64,000 nucleotides of DNA. It comes from an uncultured Verrucomicrobiae bacterium. Its GTDB lineage: Bacteria > Verrucomicrobiota > Verrucomicrobiia > Limisphaerales > Palsa-1400. The notes under the pieces are model-generated. The model made no database searches. It worked only from the letters and a program-made list of their open reading frames with translations, and was not told the origin of the DNA. Where the stretch lies: assembly GCA_963702845.1 (NCBI GenBank), contig OY969763.1, positions 5,568,001-5,632,000 on the forward strand, written 5' to 3'. Positions 17,484-28,579 of the stretch are shown here, in pieces. A program made the position numbers and the translations under genes. Every line of letters starts with the position of its first letter. The stretch's first letter is position 1.

Positions 17484-19568
17484 GTGGAGAAAAAGCCGAC
17501 ATTTTTTTGGCAAGGTGCATTGATTTTGCTCCCGCTGGTATTGCTGCTGGGGTTCGGTGTCTATTCGCTGCGGCAAGACCGCGCGATGGCAGAAATCGAA
17601 GCCAAGGAACGTTGCCAGCAAATCGCCTCGGATTTATTGCGGCCATTGGCGACCGGTTGGCAGGAGCAGTCGCGCTTGCGCGAACGCAACTTCGAGATTG
17701 CCATCGATTCGAATCGAAACCTGGTTTCGATCGCGGGTTCGAAGTCTCGGGCGCAAACACCCCGCGATCCGCAGCCGCTTGCTCTCGATTTGAGAGCACT
17801 CACACCGCAACAGGCCACATTGTGGCAGCAAGCCCGTAACGCAGAGTTTGCAAACGTCGCGGCGACCCAGCGCGCGATGTTGTATCAGCAATTTCTCGCC
17901 GCAAATCCGCCGGCAATGTTTGTACCGCTTGCGAAGTACTCACTCGCACTTAATCTCTCAAAATCGCCGTCCGGACTTTCCGAAAAGGATCGTGTTTTCA
18001 ATGAGCTCCAAACCAACAGCCAAGCAATGAGTGAAGCCGGGTTGCCGTTGAGTCTGCTCGCCGGAATGCAACGGCTGCAATTGGCGGTTGAGACAACAAA
18101 CGTGGCCCTGTTCACGAATGTCCTGCCTGCGCTCTGCTCAAATGCCGTCGAACATCCATCGTTTGCTTCGCCGGTAGTTCTGGAACGTGCTGCGAAATTG
18201 GAGGGGCTAATGACGAGCAGTTCTACCGCCAGCGTTATTGCATCAAGCTGGCAAAACGAATGGGACAGAGACGAAGAAGCGCGCGCATTTTATGCCGCGG
18301 TCAAACCAGCTCTGCGCGACCGAAAAATGTACCCCGATGGTTTTTGGTTTAATCACGACGGCTCGAACCTCCTCGTCATCGTGAGTGCGAACATAAACAT
18401 GAGTATGAACGTGCGACCCCTGATGGGAGAGGAACGTCGCAACATCGGAAGCAAATCATCGGCGACGCCGGTCGCAGAAGTGCATTTGCAGCCCGCAGGA
18501 ACCTACCGCGTTGAGTCGTTCGCCGAGGCGGACGTGCGCGCCAATGTGCTCGAAGTAGAGAAACAGGAAAGTGCGCGTATTCCAGATTACGCGGAGGCAG
18601 CGTATCAAATCGGTGATCGCTGGATTATCGGTTCGCCGGACAAACGTTCGCTGGGCGCTCTTTCGTCATCCGCACTGGAAGGCGGCGTTGTGCCCGTTAC
18701 TGTTTCTGTTCACGTTGTCCGTCCGAATTTGCTCTACGCTCGCCAACGCCAACGCACAGGGTGGTTCGCCGGCCTCCTCGCACTTTCCGCCGGTGCCGCG
18801 TGTATCGGATTGGTCAGCGCGCACCGCGGCTTCCGCCAGCAAATTCGCTTGAACGAAATGAAATCTAATTTCGTCTCGAGCGTTTCGCATGAATTGCGCG
18901 CGCCAATCGCCTCCGTGCGGTTGTTGGCGGAAGCACTCGATCGCGGCGCGGTATCGGAGCAACCGAAGCAAAAGGAATACTTCCGCTTCATTGTCCAGGA
19001 ATGTCGCCGCCTGACCGGTCTGATCGAAAACGTCCTGGATTTCTCGCGCATCGAACAAGGTCGCAAGAACTATGAATTCGAAGAAACGGATTTGAATACG
19101 TTGGTCGAGCAAACCGTAAAACTGATGCAACCGGCGACCACGGAACGCGGAGTCACTGTTGAATTGCGAATTGCAAATTGCGAATTGCCGATTGTCTGTG
19201 ACGGCTTGGCTGTGCAACAGGCGTTGGTAAATCTCATCGATAATGCAGTTAAACATTCGCTGGCTGGGCAGAAGGTGACTGTCGGAATTGAAGAAGGCGA
19301 ACGCCCAACGTCGAACATTAAGATTTGGGTCGAAGACCAAGGGCCAGGAATTCCAGCGGAGGAGCACGAGAGGATTTTCGAACGGTTTTATCGGCGCGGA
19401 TCGGAATTGCGCCGCGAAACGCAAGGGATTGGAATTGGTTTAACAATCGTTAAACATGTGGCCGAAGCGCATCGTGGACGCGTTTCAGTCGAAAGCACCG
19501 TCGGCAAAGGAAGCCGATTCACAATTGAGTTGCCGCACGAACCATCAGCGACGATTAGCGAAGATTAG
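17484..19568 (+). CDS. Membrane sensor histidine kinase
   Basis: Two TM segments flanking a large extracytoplasmic region; H-box SVSHELRAP, N-box NLIDNAVK, DQGPGI, GIGIGL; start 17457 or 17484. Confidence 0.95.
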   Translation: MEKKPTFFWQGALILLPLVLLLGFGVYSLRQDRAMAEIEAKERCQQIASDLLRPLATGWQEQSRLRERNFEIAIDSNRNLVSIAGSKSRAQTPRDPQPLALDLRALTPQQATLWQQARNAEFANVAATQRAMLYQQFLAANPPAMFVPLAKYSLALNLSKSPSGLSEKDRVFNELQTNSQAMSEAGLPLSLLAGMQRLQLAVETTNVALFTNVLPALCSNAVEHPSFASPVVLERAAKLEGLMTSSSTASVIASSWQNEWDRDEEARAFYAAVKPALRDRKMYPDGFWFNHDGSNLLVIVSANINMSMNVRPLMGEERRNIGSKSSATPVAEVHLQPAGTYRVESFAEADVRANVLEVEKQESARIPDYAEAAYQIGDRWIIGSPDKRSLGALSSSALEGGVVPVTVSVHVVRPNLLYARQRQRTGWFAGLLALSAGAACIGLVSAHRGFRQQIRLNEMKSNFVSSVSHELRAPIASVRLLAEALDRGAVSEQPKQKEYFRFIVQECRRLTGLIENVLDFSRIEQGRKNYEFEETDLNTLVEQTVKLMQPATTERGVTVELRIANCELPIVCDGLAVQQALVNLIDNAVKHSLAGQKVTVGIEEGERPTSNIKIWVEDQGPGIPAEEHERIFERFYRRGSELRRETQGIGIGLTIVKHVAEAHRGRVSVESTVGKGSRFTIELPHEPSATISED

Positions 19569-19578
19569 CGGTTTAAAT

Positions 19579-20319
19579 ATGTCTCGCATTCTCATCATCG
19601 AAGACGAAGCGCCGATGCGCACTGCGTTGGCTGACATCCTGTCGGATGAAGGTTATCGCGTGCTCAGTGCCGCTGATGGCGAAACCGGCTTGAAACGTGC
19701 CGTCGACGAGAAGCCCGACCTCGTTCTGCTCGACATTATGATGCCGCGACTTGATGGCTACGCGGTTTGCGCCGAACTTCGCCGTCTCGCCAATCCGGTC
19801 CCTGTCCTCATGCTCACGGCTAAGGGAATGGTCGAAGACCGAGTGAAAGGATTGGATGTCGGCGCGGACGATTACCTCGTTAAACCCTTCAGCACCGACG
19901 AACTGCTCGCACGCGTCCGCGCTCTCCTGCGTCGTTCCCAAAAACAAAACAAGATCCCGGCGACACTGGAACTCGGCGATGTGCGGGTCGATTTCGCCCG
20001 TCAGGAAGCTTTTCGCAAAACCAAACCGCTGCACCTGACCGCCAAAGAACTGGCCATGCTTCGTCTGATGGCGGAATCAAACGGAGAACCGATTTCGCGC
20101 GAACGCTTTCTCGATTTGGTTTGGGGCTACGCTTCGTTTCCGACCACTCGCACCGTGGACAATCACATCGCCAGTCTTCGTGCAAAGATTGAAACAAATC
20201 CCGACGATCCCAAATGGATCAAGACGGTACACGGCGTGGGATACCGATTGGAAAGTTTTGGAAACCGGGATCAACGCAAAGACGCAAAGGACGCAGAGGC
20301 TCGCAAAGGGAAGAATTGA
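19579..20319 (+). CDS. OmpR/PhoB family response regulator
   Basis: ILIIEDE, LLDIMMP, GADDYLVKPF, winged helix RTVDNHIASLR...TVHGVGY. Confidence 0.96.
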   Translation: MSRILIIEDEAPMRTALADILSDEGYRVLSAADGETGLKRAVDEKPDLVLLDIMMPRLDGYAVCAELRRLANPVPVLMLTAKGMVEDRVKGLDVGADDYLVKPFSTDELLARVRALLRRSQKQNKIPATLELGDVRVDFARQEAFRKTKPLHLTAKELAMLRLMAESNGEPISRERFLDLVWGYASFPTTRTVDNHIASLRAKIETNPDDPKWIKTVHGVGYRLESFGNRDQRKDAKDAEARKGKN

Positions 20320-20327
20320 TTCCTGAT

Positions 20328-20345
20328 TTTACAAAAGCGTGACAA
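20328..20345 (+). promoter_or_regulatory. Second copy of the TTTACAA-N5-TGACAA box, upstream of the ankyrin gene
   Basis: TTTACAAAAGCGTGACAA. Confidence 0.5.
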
Positions 20346-20393
20346 CGCGCCCCATCGAAATCTGCGAAAGTTAACGCGCAATAAGGCACGAAT

Positions 20394-23300
20394 ATGAAAA
20401 CCCAAATTTCAAAACTCAACAGCAACACGTCAAGGAACGGGTCAACAGGGCGTGCGCTCTTTCGCGCGTCCTGTTTTTCTCTTCCATTCTCCATTGTCTT
20501 CGTCTGTTTGCTCATCTGCGCTCCTCTTGCAACACAAGCCGGAGGAACAAACGACATCACCTCACTCGTCCAACGCGGGCTGTTCGAAGAAGAAGCCAAT
20601 CACAACCTGGACGCCGCGATGCAGTCGTACGAGAGCGCCGTCAAGCTTCACGACAAAGACCGTCAACTTGCAGCCACGGCCATTTTTCGTTTGGGCGAAT
20701 GTTATCGCAAGCAAGGTAAGACGAACGAAGCCAACGCCTACTACAAACGCGTCATCACCGAGTTCGCCGATCAATCACAACTTGTCGAGTTAAGCCGTTC
20801 ATACGTTGGCAACATTGCCAGTAACAACAGCGATTCCTTTGTCGAAAGAGCCCGTCAGAATTTTCGTGGAAACACCGCCGACTCAAAGACTCTACGTCAA
20901 AGCACAGAAAACGATGTATTGGGCGCCAACCTTCGCAGCGTCCAACTCGAAACCGCCCAGGCCGAAGCACTCTGGAAACATGTGAGGGGACTGGGTGGCG
21001 AAGAGCTCGTTAATTTTTTCACCACTATTCAGCCGGACCAGTTTGTCATTGATTTGGACCGCGAGAGAGTTCAGGCGGAGTCAAAACTCGAGGCACTCGG
21101 AACGCAAGTTGGCAAACAACATCCTGAATACAAGGCCCAGGAAAAACTTACTGAGACGGCAACCAAACGTCTCCACGATCGCGCCCATACCGTCGCATGG
21201 GGCATCGAAGAAAAATACAAGATGCTTAAAGAACAGGAAGACAGCCTAAAGGCTCGCCTCGACCAAAGCAGCGGATCCGTTGCGAACGCGAAAGAATCAC
21301 CAACAACCTCTGAAGAAGACGAAGAAATCCGCAAAATCAAAGAGATGATTCAGAACAGCCCGGATTTGATTAATGCGCGCTCCGAATCAGGTTTCACGCC
21401 TTTGCAATCTGCAGCAGCCGCCGGCCATCTCAAAGTCGTTCAATATTTAATAAACAGCGGGGCCGAAATCAACCCCGGCGGAATGACTCCCCTGATGTAT
21501 GCGGCACTAAACGGCCACAATGCAGTTGTCGAATTCCTCCTTTCCAAAGGAGCGAATGTAAATGCGACGACAGACGTTGGTCGCACCGCACTCCATTACG
21601 CCGCCCAACACGGCTTCAAAATCGTTGTCGAAACACTTCTGAAACACGGCGCCAATGTAAATGCCCGCGAAAACGATGGTAAGACAGCAGTCTGGTCTGT
21701 GGCCGACAATGGTTCGAAACCGATCCTGGAACTGCTTTTGGCCAACGGCGCAGATGTAAACCTCAACGCTGCCGATTCATCCCCACTTCTCCGAGCAGTT
21801 GGAAAAAAACATGTTGATTGCGTTGAAGTCCTCGTCGCACACAAATCTGATGTCAATTTTAAAACCCCTCACGGCTCCACACCCCTCCTGACTGCCGCTG
21901 ACAACAACGATCTTGCTTCCGCCAAAATCTTATTGGACAACGGCGCTGATACGGAGGCTCAGATACCTGCTGAACATTTGTCGGGCGGATTTGGGTACGT
22001 CCCCAATCGGGAAACAGCCAGTTTTCGGGCAATCAACATCGCGATCGGTAAGGACGCTCCAAAGTTTGTCGAACTTCTTTTGGAACATCTCGCCGATCCA
22101 AATTCGAAGATGACATGGTATCATGGCGACAATTCTTCTACGGCGGGCACGACACCATTGATCATGGCGGTCCGTCTCGATAAACCGGCAGTTGTTGAAG
22201 TCCTGCTCAAGCACGGCGCGCAGGTAAGCTGGGCCGATGGAAGCGGCATGACGGCGTTGCACTACGCCGCTCGGCTTTCAAAAACCAATCTCGCAGAAAT
22301 CCTATTGCTCCATGATGCCGACGTTAACGCACCCGACAAAAACCATCAGACGCCGCTGTTTTATGCCGTCAGCCAAAGCAAACCCGACACAAACATGGTC
22401 GCTCTGCTGATCGGCCACCACGCTGACGTCAACGTCGCTGACGCCAAAGGCTACCCGCCGATTTTTTGGGTCATGGCGACACCTTCTACCCCCGAGCGGC
22501 AAGCTGTCCGCGAACAGCTCCTTAAAGCCGGCGCGAATGAAAACTTCGTCCGTCTAAAACAAATCTCCGTGCGCCGCAACGATCACGACACTGTTATCTT
22601 TACCAAAGGTTCCAACGATTGGAACCACTTTACCCTCTATGAATTAATTTCCGTTGTATATGGCCGCAACCAATACCCGTCCGGCGGCGTGCCCGGATTT
22701 CGGCCTGTCTTTAGCTCAATTCCCACGATGCCAATTCCTTCGTCGGGTGTGACTCCTTATGCCGCTATACCGGCGCCTCCCCGCATGGGCGGCGGACATA
22801 CTCCCGCTGACTTGCCATTCCCGGATTTCACGCGCCTCGTCATCAAGCGAATCGGCGCAAATCCTTTGGAACGACTAAATCGAGTTCGTGAAACTGCTCT
22901 GAACACTGCTGCTCCGGGCGAGGAAAAGAGTTATAAAATAGATCTCGAAAACCTCCTCCAATCGCCCGACCGCGGCGACGACATTCAATTGGAGTGGGGC
23001 GACATTGTCGAAATCCCCGAGCAAGACCATCCCATTAACGCGACTTGGGAAGGTCTTTCCGGCGAGACACAACGCAAACTGATGCAACTTTTGTCACGCA
23101 CGATTGAAATCAAAATCAAAGGTCAAGCCACCAACATCACGGTCCTGCCGCCAATGCCGAATTACTCGACGACTGGCATGTGGAGATTGTTGAACAGGGT
23201 CGAGAGCAAAAAGCCTTTGGATAACGTTGTCGTTTGTCCATTTGGTTTGCGATCGGTTGTTAACGAGCTTGGTGTTCTGCGATCCTCGTCCGACACCGCC

Positions 23301-23450
23301 CACATCAAAGTCATTCGTCAGGATAACGCCGGTATGCGCAGCATAACGGTTGATCTGCACAATAGTGAGGAACCTTGGATCGAGCCCGGCGACGTTCTCG
23401 AGATTCCAGACCGCGAGAGCGCATCCGCCCCAGCTCAGGTTGGTCAATAA
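20394..23450 (+). CDS. Exported multidomain protein: TPR-like region, coiled coil, about 11 ankyrin repeats, two SLBB-like domains
   Basis: Signal-like N-terminus; AIFRLGECYRKQG; repeated TPL/TAL-xx-AA...GADVN; LEWGDIVEIPE and IEPGDVLEIPD. Confidence 0.88.
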   Translation: MKTQISKLNSNTSRNGSTGRALFRASCFSLPFSIVFVCLLICAPLATQAGGTNDITSLVQRGLFEEEANHNLDAAMQSYESAVKLHDKDRQLAATAIFRLGECYRKQGKTNEANAYYKRVITEFADQSQLVELSRSYVGNIASNNSDSFVERARQNFRGNTADSKTLRQSTENDVLGANLRSVQLETAQAEALWKHVRGLGGEELVNFFTTIQPDQFVIDLDRERVQAESKLEALGTQVGKQHPEYKAQEKLTETATKRLHDRAHTVAWGIEEKYKMLKEQEDSLKARLDQSSGSVANAKESPTTSEEDEEIRKIKEMIQNSPDLINARSESGFTPLQSAAAAGHLKVVQYLINSGAEINPGGMTPLMYAALNGHNAVVEFLLSKGANVNATTDVGRTALHYAAQHGFKIVVETLLKHGANVNARENDGKTAVWSVADNGSKPILELLLANGADVNLNAADSSPLLRAVGKKHVDCVEVLVAHKSDVNFKTPHGSTPLLTAADNNDLASAKILLDNGADTEAQIPAEHLSGGFGYVPNRETASFRAINIAIGKDAPKFVELLLEHLADPNSKMTWYHGDNSSTAGTTPLIMAVRLDKPAVVEVLLKHGAQVSWADGSGMTALHYAARLSKTNLAEILLLHDADVNAPDKNHQTPLFYAVSQSKPDTNMVALLIGHHADVNVADAKGYPPIFWVMATPSTPERQAVREQLLKAGANENFVRLKQISVRRNDHDTVIFTKGSNDWNHFTLYELISVVYGRNQYPSGGVPGFRPVFSSIPTMPIPSSGVTPYAAIPAPPRMGGGHTPADLPFPDFTRLVIKRIGANPLERLNRVRETALNTAAPGEEKSYKIDLENLLQSPDRGDDIQLEWGDIVEIPEQDHPINATWEGLSGETQRKLMQLLSRTIEIKIKGQATNITVLPPMPNYSTTGMWRLLNRVESKKPLDNVVVCPFGLRSVVNELGVLRSSSDTAHIKVIRQDNAGMRSITVDLHNSEEPWIEPGDVLEIPDRESASAPAQVGQ

Positions 23451-23618
23451 CGGCATCCGGTTCTAATATTTTTAAGCGATTGATAGTGGGAATTTTAGCT
23501 CCGGGGTGCTCGGCATTTTGCAGCTTAAAACTGCTTGCCAGAGTTTCCCTGTATCTCACGAAAGGCCTTTCCCTATTAGCTAAAATGGCTTTACACAATT
23601 GTTTAACCTCAGCAAATT

Positions 23619-25681
23619 ATGGCGGTGTCTGTTCATTTTACTGACAGCGGTCAGGTCAGGGCGTCCCAGGGTGCGGCAGCCGTTATTCCCGGCGAAAGCC
23701 TGTTTTCTTTGCGTGATGTAGAGGCTGCGATTGAACGGTCTCAGAATTACCTGCTCAGCGTCCAAAAGCCTGATGGCCATTGGGTTGGCGAATTGATCGT
23801 GGATGCCACCCTGGTCGCCGATACGCTCGCCTATCATCATTGGAATGGTAAGGTGGACAAGGAATGGCAGCGCAAGGCGGTTAATCACATGTTTGGCATG
23901 CAGTTGCCTAGTGGCGGCTGGAGCATTTATTTCGGCGGTCCGGCCGAAGTGAATGCGACGATTAAATGCTATCTTGCGCTCAAGCTCGCCGGAGTGCCGG
24001 TGACGGATCCGCGCATGTTCGGGCACGCCAGATGGCTTTGAGCCTCGGGGGCGTGCCGCGCATGAATACATTTTTCGAAGTTGTATCTGGCGCTGCTCGG
24101 GCTTTATCCGTGGAAATACGTCCCGACGATTCCGTGCGAGGTCATTCTGATCGGCAAATGGTTTTACGTGAATTTCAACGAAATGAGCAATTGGAGCCGG
24201 TCCATGCTCGTCCCGCTCTCGATCATCAACCATTACAAGCCGACGCGCCCGCTCGATCACGGCATCAATCTCGATGAGCTTTATCCGGAAGGTTTCCACG
24301 ATCGCGATCTCATGCTGGCGCGTGACCCGGGCAAGTTTACATGGCGCAATTTTTTCTCGAACTCGACGGCCTGCACAAATTCGCCGAATGGTTCGCGCAA
24401 AACGGGATTCATCCTTTCCGCAAACGCGCTTTGAAAACGCGCCGAGGCATGGATGCTGGAACGTTTTGAAGGCACGGACGGGCTCGCTGCGATTTTCCCG
24501 GCGATGCTGAATTCGTTCATCGCGTTGAAAGCATTGGGATATGCGGACGATCATCCGCAGGTGAAACGCGCCGAGTTGGAGTTGAAGAAGCTCGAGCACG
24601 AAGACGGAGAACAGCGTCCGCATCGAACCGTGTTTCTCGCCGGTGTGGGATACGGCGATTGTGGCGATCGCATTGCACGAATCGGGTCTGCCGAGCAACC
24701 ATCCAGCTTTGGAAAAATGTTGCGATTGGATCATGGAGCGCGAAATTCGTTTTCGCGGCGATTGGTATTACAAGAATCCGGCGGACGTCGAACCAAGCGG
24801 CTGGGTTTTCGAGTATAACAACAAGTGGAATCCGGACGTGGACGATACGGCGATGGTGCTGCTGGCCTTGCGCAAGATCCCGACGAAGGATCGCAAACGT
24901 CGCGACGAATGTTTTCAACGCGGGTCTGAATTGGATGCTGACTTTCCAATGCAGAGACGGCGGCTGGGCTTCGTTCGATAAGGATTGCACGAAGGGCATC
25001 CTGGAAAAAGTTCCGTTCGCCGATCACAACGCGATGCTTGATCCCGGAATGCGCCGATATCACCGCGCGTATTTTGGAATTGCTCGGCTACGAAAATTTC
25101 AGCGTCGACAATCCGCAAGTCCAACGCGCCCTCGATTTCGTGCGCGATCATCAGGAACCGGACGGTTCGTGGTATGGCCGTTGGGGCGTGAATTACATTT
25201 ACGGCACATGGCAGGTGTTGCGCGGCTTGCGCGCGCTCGGCATCAACATGGAGCCAGGATTGGCTGCTCAAAGCGCGTGACTGGCTCGAAAGCGTCCAGC
25301 ACGAAGACGGTGGCTGGGGCGAGCGTTGCAACACTTACGACGATCCGGTGTTCAAAGGCCAGGGCCCGAGCACGGCGTCACAAACCGCGTGGGCCGTGAT
25401 GGGCCTGTGTGCGTTCGACGATCCGAATCGCGAAAGCGTCCAACGCGGCATCGACTATTTGATTCGCACGCAGAAGAGAGATGGCTGAATGGGCGGAAGT
25501 GGAAACGACCGGCACCGGTTTCCCGCGCGTGTTTTATTTGAAGTACGACATGTATCGGAATAGCTGGCCTTTGCTGGCGCTGGCGACGTATCGCAATTTG
25601 CTGACGCGTTCGGTCATCAAACAGAATGGTCACGCGATCAAGCGTCGAAAGCGAACCGAATTGGTAGCGGCAGGTCAATGA
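23619..25681 (+). CDS. shc: Squalene-hopene cyclase; several frameshifts in this assembly
   Basis: QKPDGHW, WNPDVDDTAM (DxDD), QEPDGSWYGRWGVNYIYGT, TGTGFPRVFYLKYDMYR spread over consecutive frames. Confidence 0.93.
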
Positions 25682-25686
25682 CCGGT

Positions 25687-25757
25687 AAGCAGTCGACAGT
25701 TAGCAGTAATCAGTTTTCATTGTTCACTGAGCGATTACTGAATACTGATTACTGAGC
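25687..25757. repeat. Inverted arrays of 7-nt repeats: (NNNCAGT)x4 facing (ACTGNNN)x4
   Basis: CAGTAATCAGT (25704-25714) is the exact reverse complement of ACTGATTACTG (25744-25754). Confidence 0.75.
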
Positions 25758-25759
25758 AT

Positions 25760-26788
25760 TTGTCTTTTCTCTATCGCAACATCGTGCGTCCAGTCCTGTT
25801 CCTGCAGGACTCGGAGAGCTATTCACAATCGCACGTTGCGCATGCTGGCGTTCGCGGCTACGGCACAAAAGCCTTCGCGCAATTAGCGAAGAGCTTCTAT
25901 GCCGCGCCGCAAAAGCCAGTCGAAGTTTTCGGGTTGAAGTTTCCGAATCCCAATCGGCCTCGCCGCGGGCATGGACAAATTCGCGGCGGCTTTGCCGATT
26001 TGGGAATGTCTTGGGTTTTGGGTTTACCGAACTCGGCGGCGTGACCTGGCACGCACAACCGGGCAACGACAAGCCTCGCATGTTTCGCGCAATTTGAGAT
26101 CGTGCGCTGATCAATCGCATGGGGTTCAACAACCCGGCGCTGAGGCGATGGCGAAGACGTTGGCGGCTTGGAAAGTTCAGGCAATTGGCCAAAGCATCCC
26201 GTCGGCATCAACTCGGGAAAATCGAAAGTAACACCAATCGAGAAAGCCGCAGCAGACTATGCTAATTCGTTTAGAGCTCTGCGGGACTATGCGGATTTTT
26301 TCGTGGTAAATGTCAGTTCTCCGAATACGCCGAACCTGCGCCAGTTACAGGATAAAACAGCGTTGGATGAGATTCTTGTTGCGTTGCAGCAAATCAACAC
26401 GCATCGCGCAAACCGATCTCGTGAAGATTGCGCCGGATCTGTCGTTTGAAGCGATCGATGAGATTTTGGATTGGCGCGACAACGACAGCTCGCTGGGATC
26501 GTCGCGACAAACACAACGATCACTCGTCCGCAAAGCAATAATCCGGTGTATTCACAAACCGGAGGTCTGAGCGGTGCGCCTTTGCGCCAGCGCAGCACGG
26601 AAATCATTGGCCACATCCACAAGCAGACTGTGGGCAAACTGCCGCATCATCGGCGTCGGCGGAATCTTCACTGTGGCGATGCACGCGAGAAGCTGGAGGC
26701 GGGAGCGTCGTTCTGCAGATCTACACGGCGTTGGTTTACGAAGGCCCGGCGATTGTTAAAACAATCGTTGGCGGGCTTAGGAAGTTGA
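25760..26788 (+). CDS. pyrD: Quinone-dependent dihydroorotate dehydrogenase; heavily frameshifted in this assembly
   Basis: [69 protein letters not shown] in alternating frames. Confidence 0.92.
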
Positions 26789-26831
26789 GCGATTGCGGGG
26801 GGTGTTGGAGAGCCCTCAATTTCATATTTTA

Positions 26832-28493
26832 ATGGTCGTTGAAACAAGCCGCCGCACAAAGGCCCCCCGCCGCGCAGCTGTTGCGCCATGCAGGCACCCG
26901 AGACGCGGCAAAACGGGCCGAATGGTGTGTTGGTTCGCGTTCTGACGCGTGGACGTTGGTGTTGCAATTCCTGTATGCGTCCAATGCGGGCGCGCTTTGG
27001 CGGGATGAGGCTTCATCGGTGAATTTCGCGGCCGTGCCGACAGTTTCACAAATGTGGGACAATTTTCGGTTCGATAATTTTCCGCCGTTGTTCGCGTTTG
27101 TGTTGCGTGGGTTCGCGAGCGATTGGATTTGGCGCCGACACATCGTATCGTGTTCTTGGTCTTGCTCATTTCGATTTTCGGTGTTGGGTGCGATTTGGGT
27201 CGGCGCGTTGGTTGATGGCAAAGCGGCCGCCGATTGGTTGGCCTTGTGTTGTTTGCAATCAATCCGTTGGCGATTAAAACTGATGGTGCGATTCGGCCAT
27301 ACGGAATTGGTTATGTGTTTTTGATTTAGCGATCGCATTGATATGGTGCATACGTGCGCAACAGCGACGAAGTTTGGTTTGTATCTCGCGTGTGTCGCCG
27401 CAGTGCTCTCGGTGCAGACTTTGTATCAGGCCGCATTTTTTCTCGCGGCAGCGATTTTTGGGGTGTTGATCGTTTGCGCTCTGATGCAGAAGCAACGACG
27501 CTTGGCGGGAATGCGTGATATTGATCGGTTGCATCGCCGCGTGTTCAATGGCGATCGATTTGCCGCATTTATGCATGATTGGGATAAAACAAAATGGGTC
27601 GGGCAATCGGCGTTCGAGATTTCAAAAATAGCGGTCGACTTGGGAAATGCTCGTGGCCGGCATTCTGGCGCGCGGTGTCGACTCAAGGGCAGATGGGCGG
27701 ATGCTATGGTGCGTGATCGCGATTGGCGTTTTTGCGCATGCGGGTTTCGCTGCCGGCGTTTGCGCGGCCATTTGTGCTGATCATCGCCTGTGGCATCATT
27801 ATATATGTGCTCTTCCTCCGTTTCTCCGGGCTTGCACGCGCAGTCGTGGTATTTTCTGATGTTGATGGCTTCCGCGGCAATGTGGCTGGAGGAATCGCAG
27901 GGCTCGTTAGTGCAGAAAACGATCCGGCAAGGTTTTGCCGGTGGCTGCCGTTGCTAATCACTTTCGTTGAGCGCGCCCGCGGCGTGGCTGTCGTTCGCAC
28001 TCGTGCGACCTCGATTGATCTGGTGGCGCAAGTCCTGCAACGAAAAGCGACGGCGAAGCGACTGGTGTTGACGATGCCATGGTATTACGGCGTTACGCTC
28101 GGGCCGATATTACACAGAAATTCACAACTGTCCCTCCATTCAGCGACATCAGTATTCATCGTTACGACCTTGTGCAAAAAGCCATGGAAACGCCAGAGCC
28201 AATTGCCGGGCTGATGCACGACATGGAACAGACTTTGCGCAATGGCGGAACGGTTTGGACGATTGGTGAAATTATTTTGCCGGAGCAACGGCGAACAAGT
28301 TCCAGTGTTGCCGCCATACACCCCCGCCAATGGTTACAGTGATTCTGATTATTTAACAAGCTGGTCGATGCAAATTGCTGATTTTCTTGCCCACCACGCG
28401 CAGAGCTTTGACGTAGTTCAACTTCCGAACGTTGGCGCGGTCAGCCCGCTGGAAAACCCGAAAGTGGTGGCGGTGAGTGGCTGGCACGAGTAG
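26832..28493 (+). CDS. Polytopic membrane protein, GT-C (ArnT/PMT-like) glycosyltransferase candidate; heavily frameshifted
   Basis: First-loop motif GALWRDEASS...DNFPPLF, many hydrophobic fragments, soluble C-terminal part ending VAVSGWHE. Confidence 0.55.
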
Positions 28494-28579
28494 GTTCTGC
28501 CGCCGAAGTTTTTTTCAGCAAATCTTCCCCTTGCGCGAAAGCGATTCGTGCGTACCGTTCTGGGCCTTTAGCAGGATGG

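Noticed and set aside
23619..28493. Programmed frameshifting or true pseudogenisation of shc, pyrD and the GT-C-like gene
   Set aside because: Too many scattered indels in both directions with intact motifs; sequencing error is simpler
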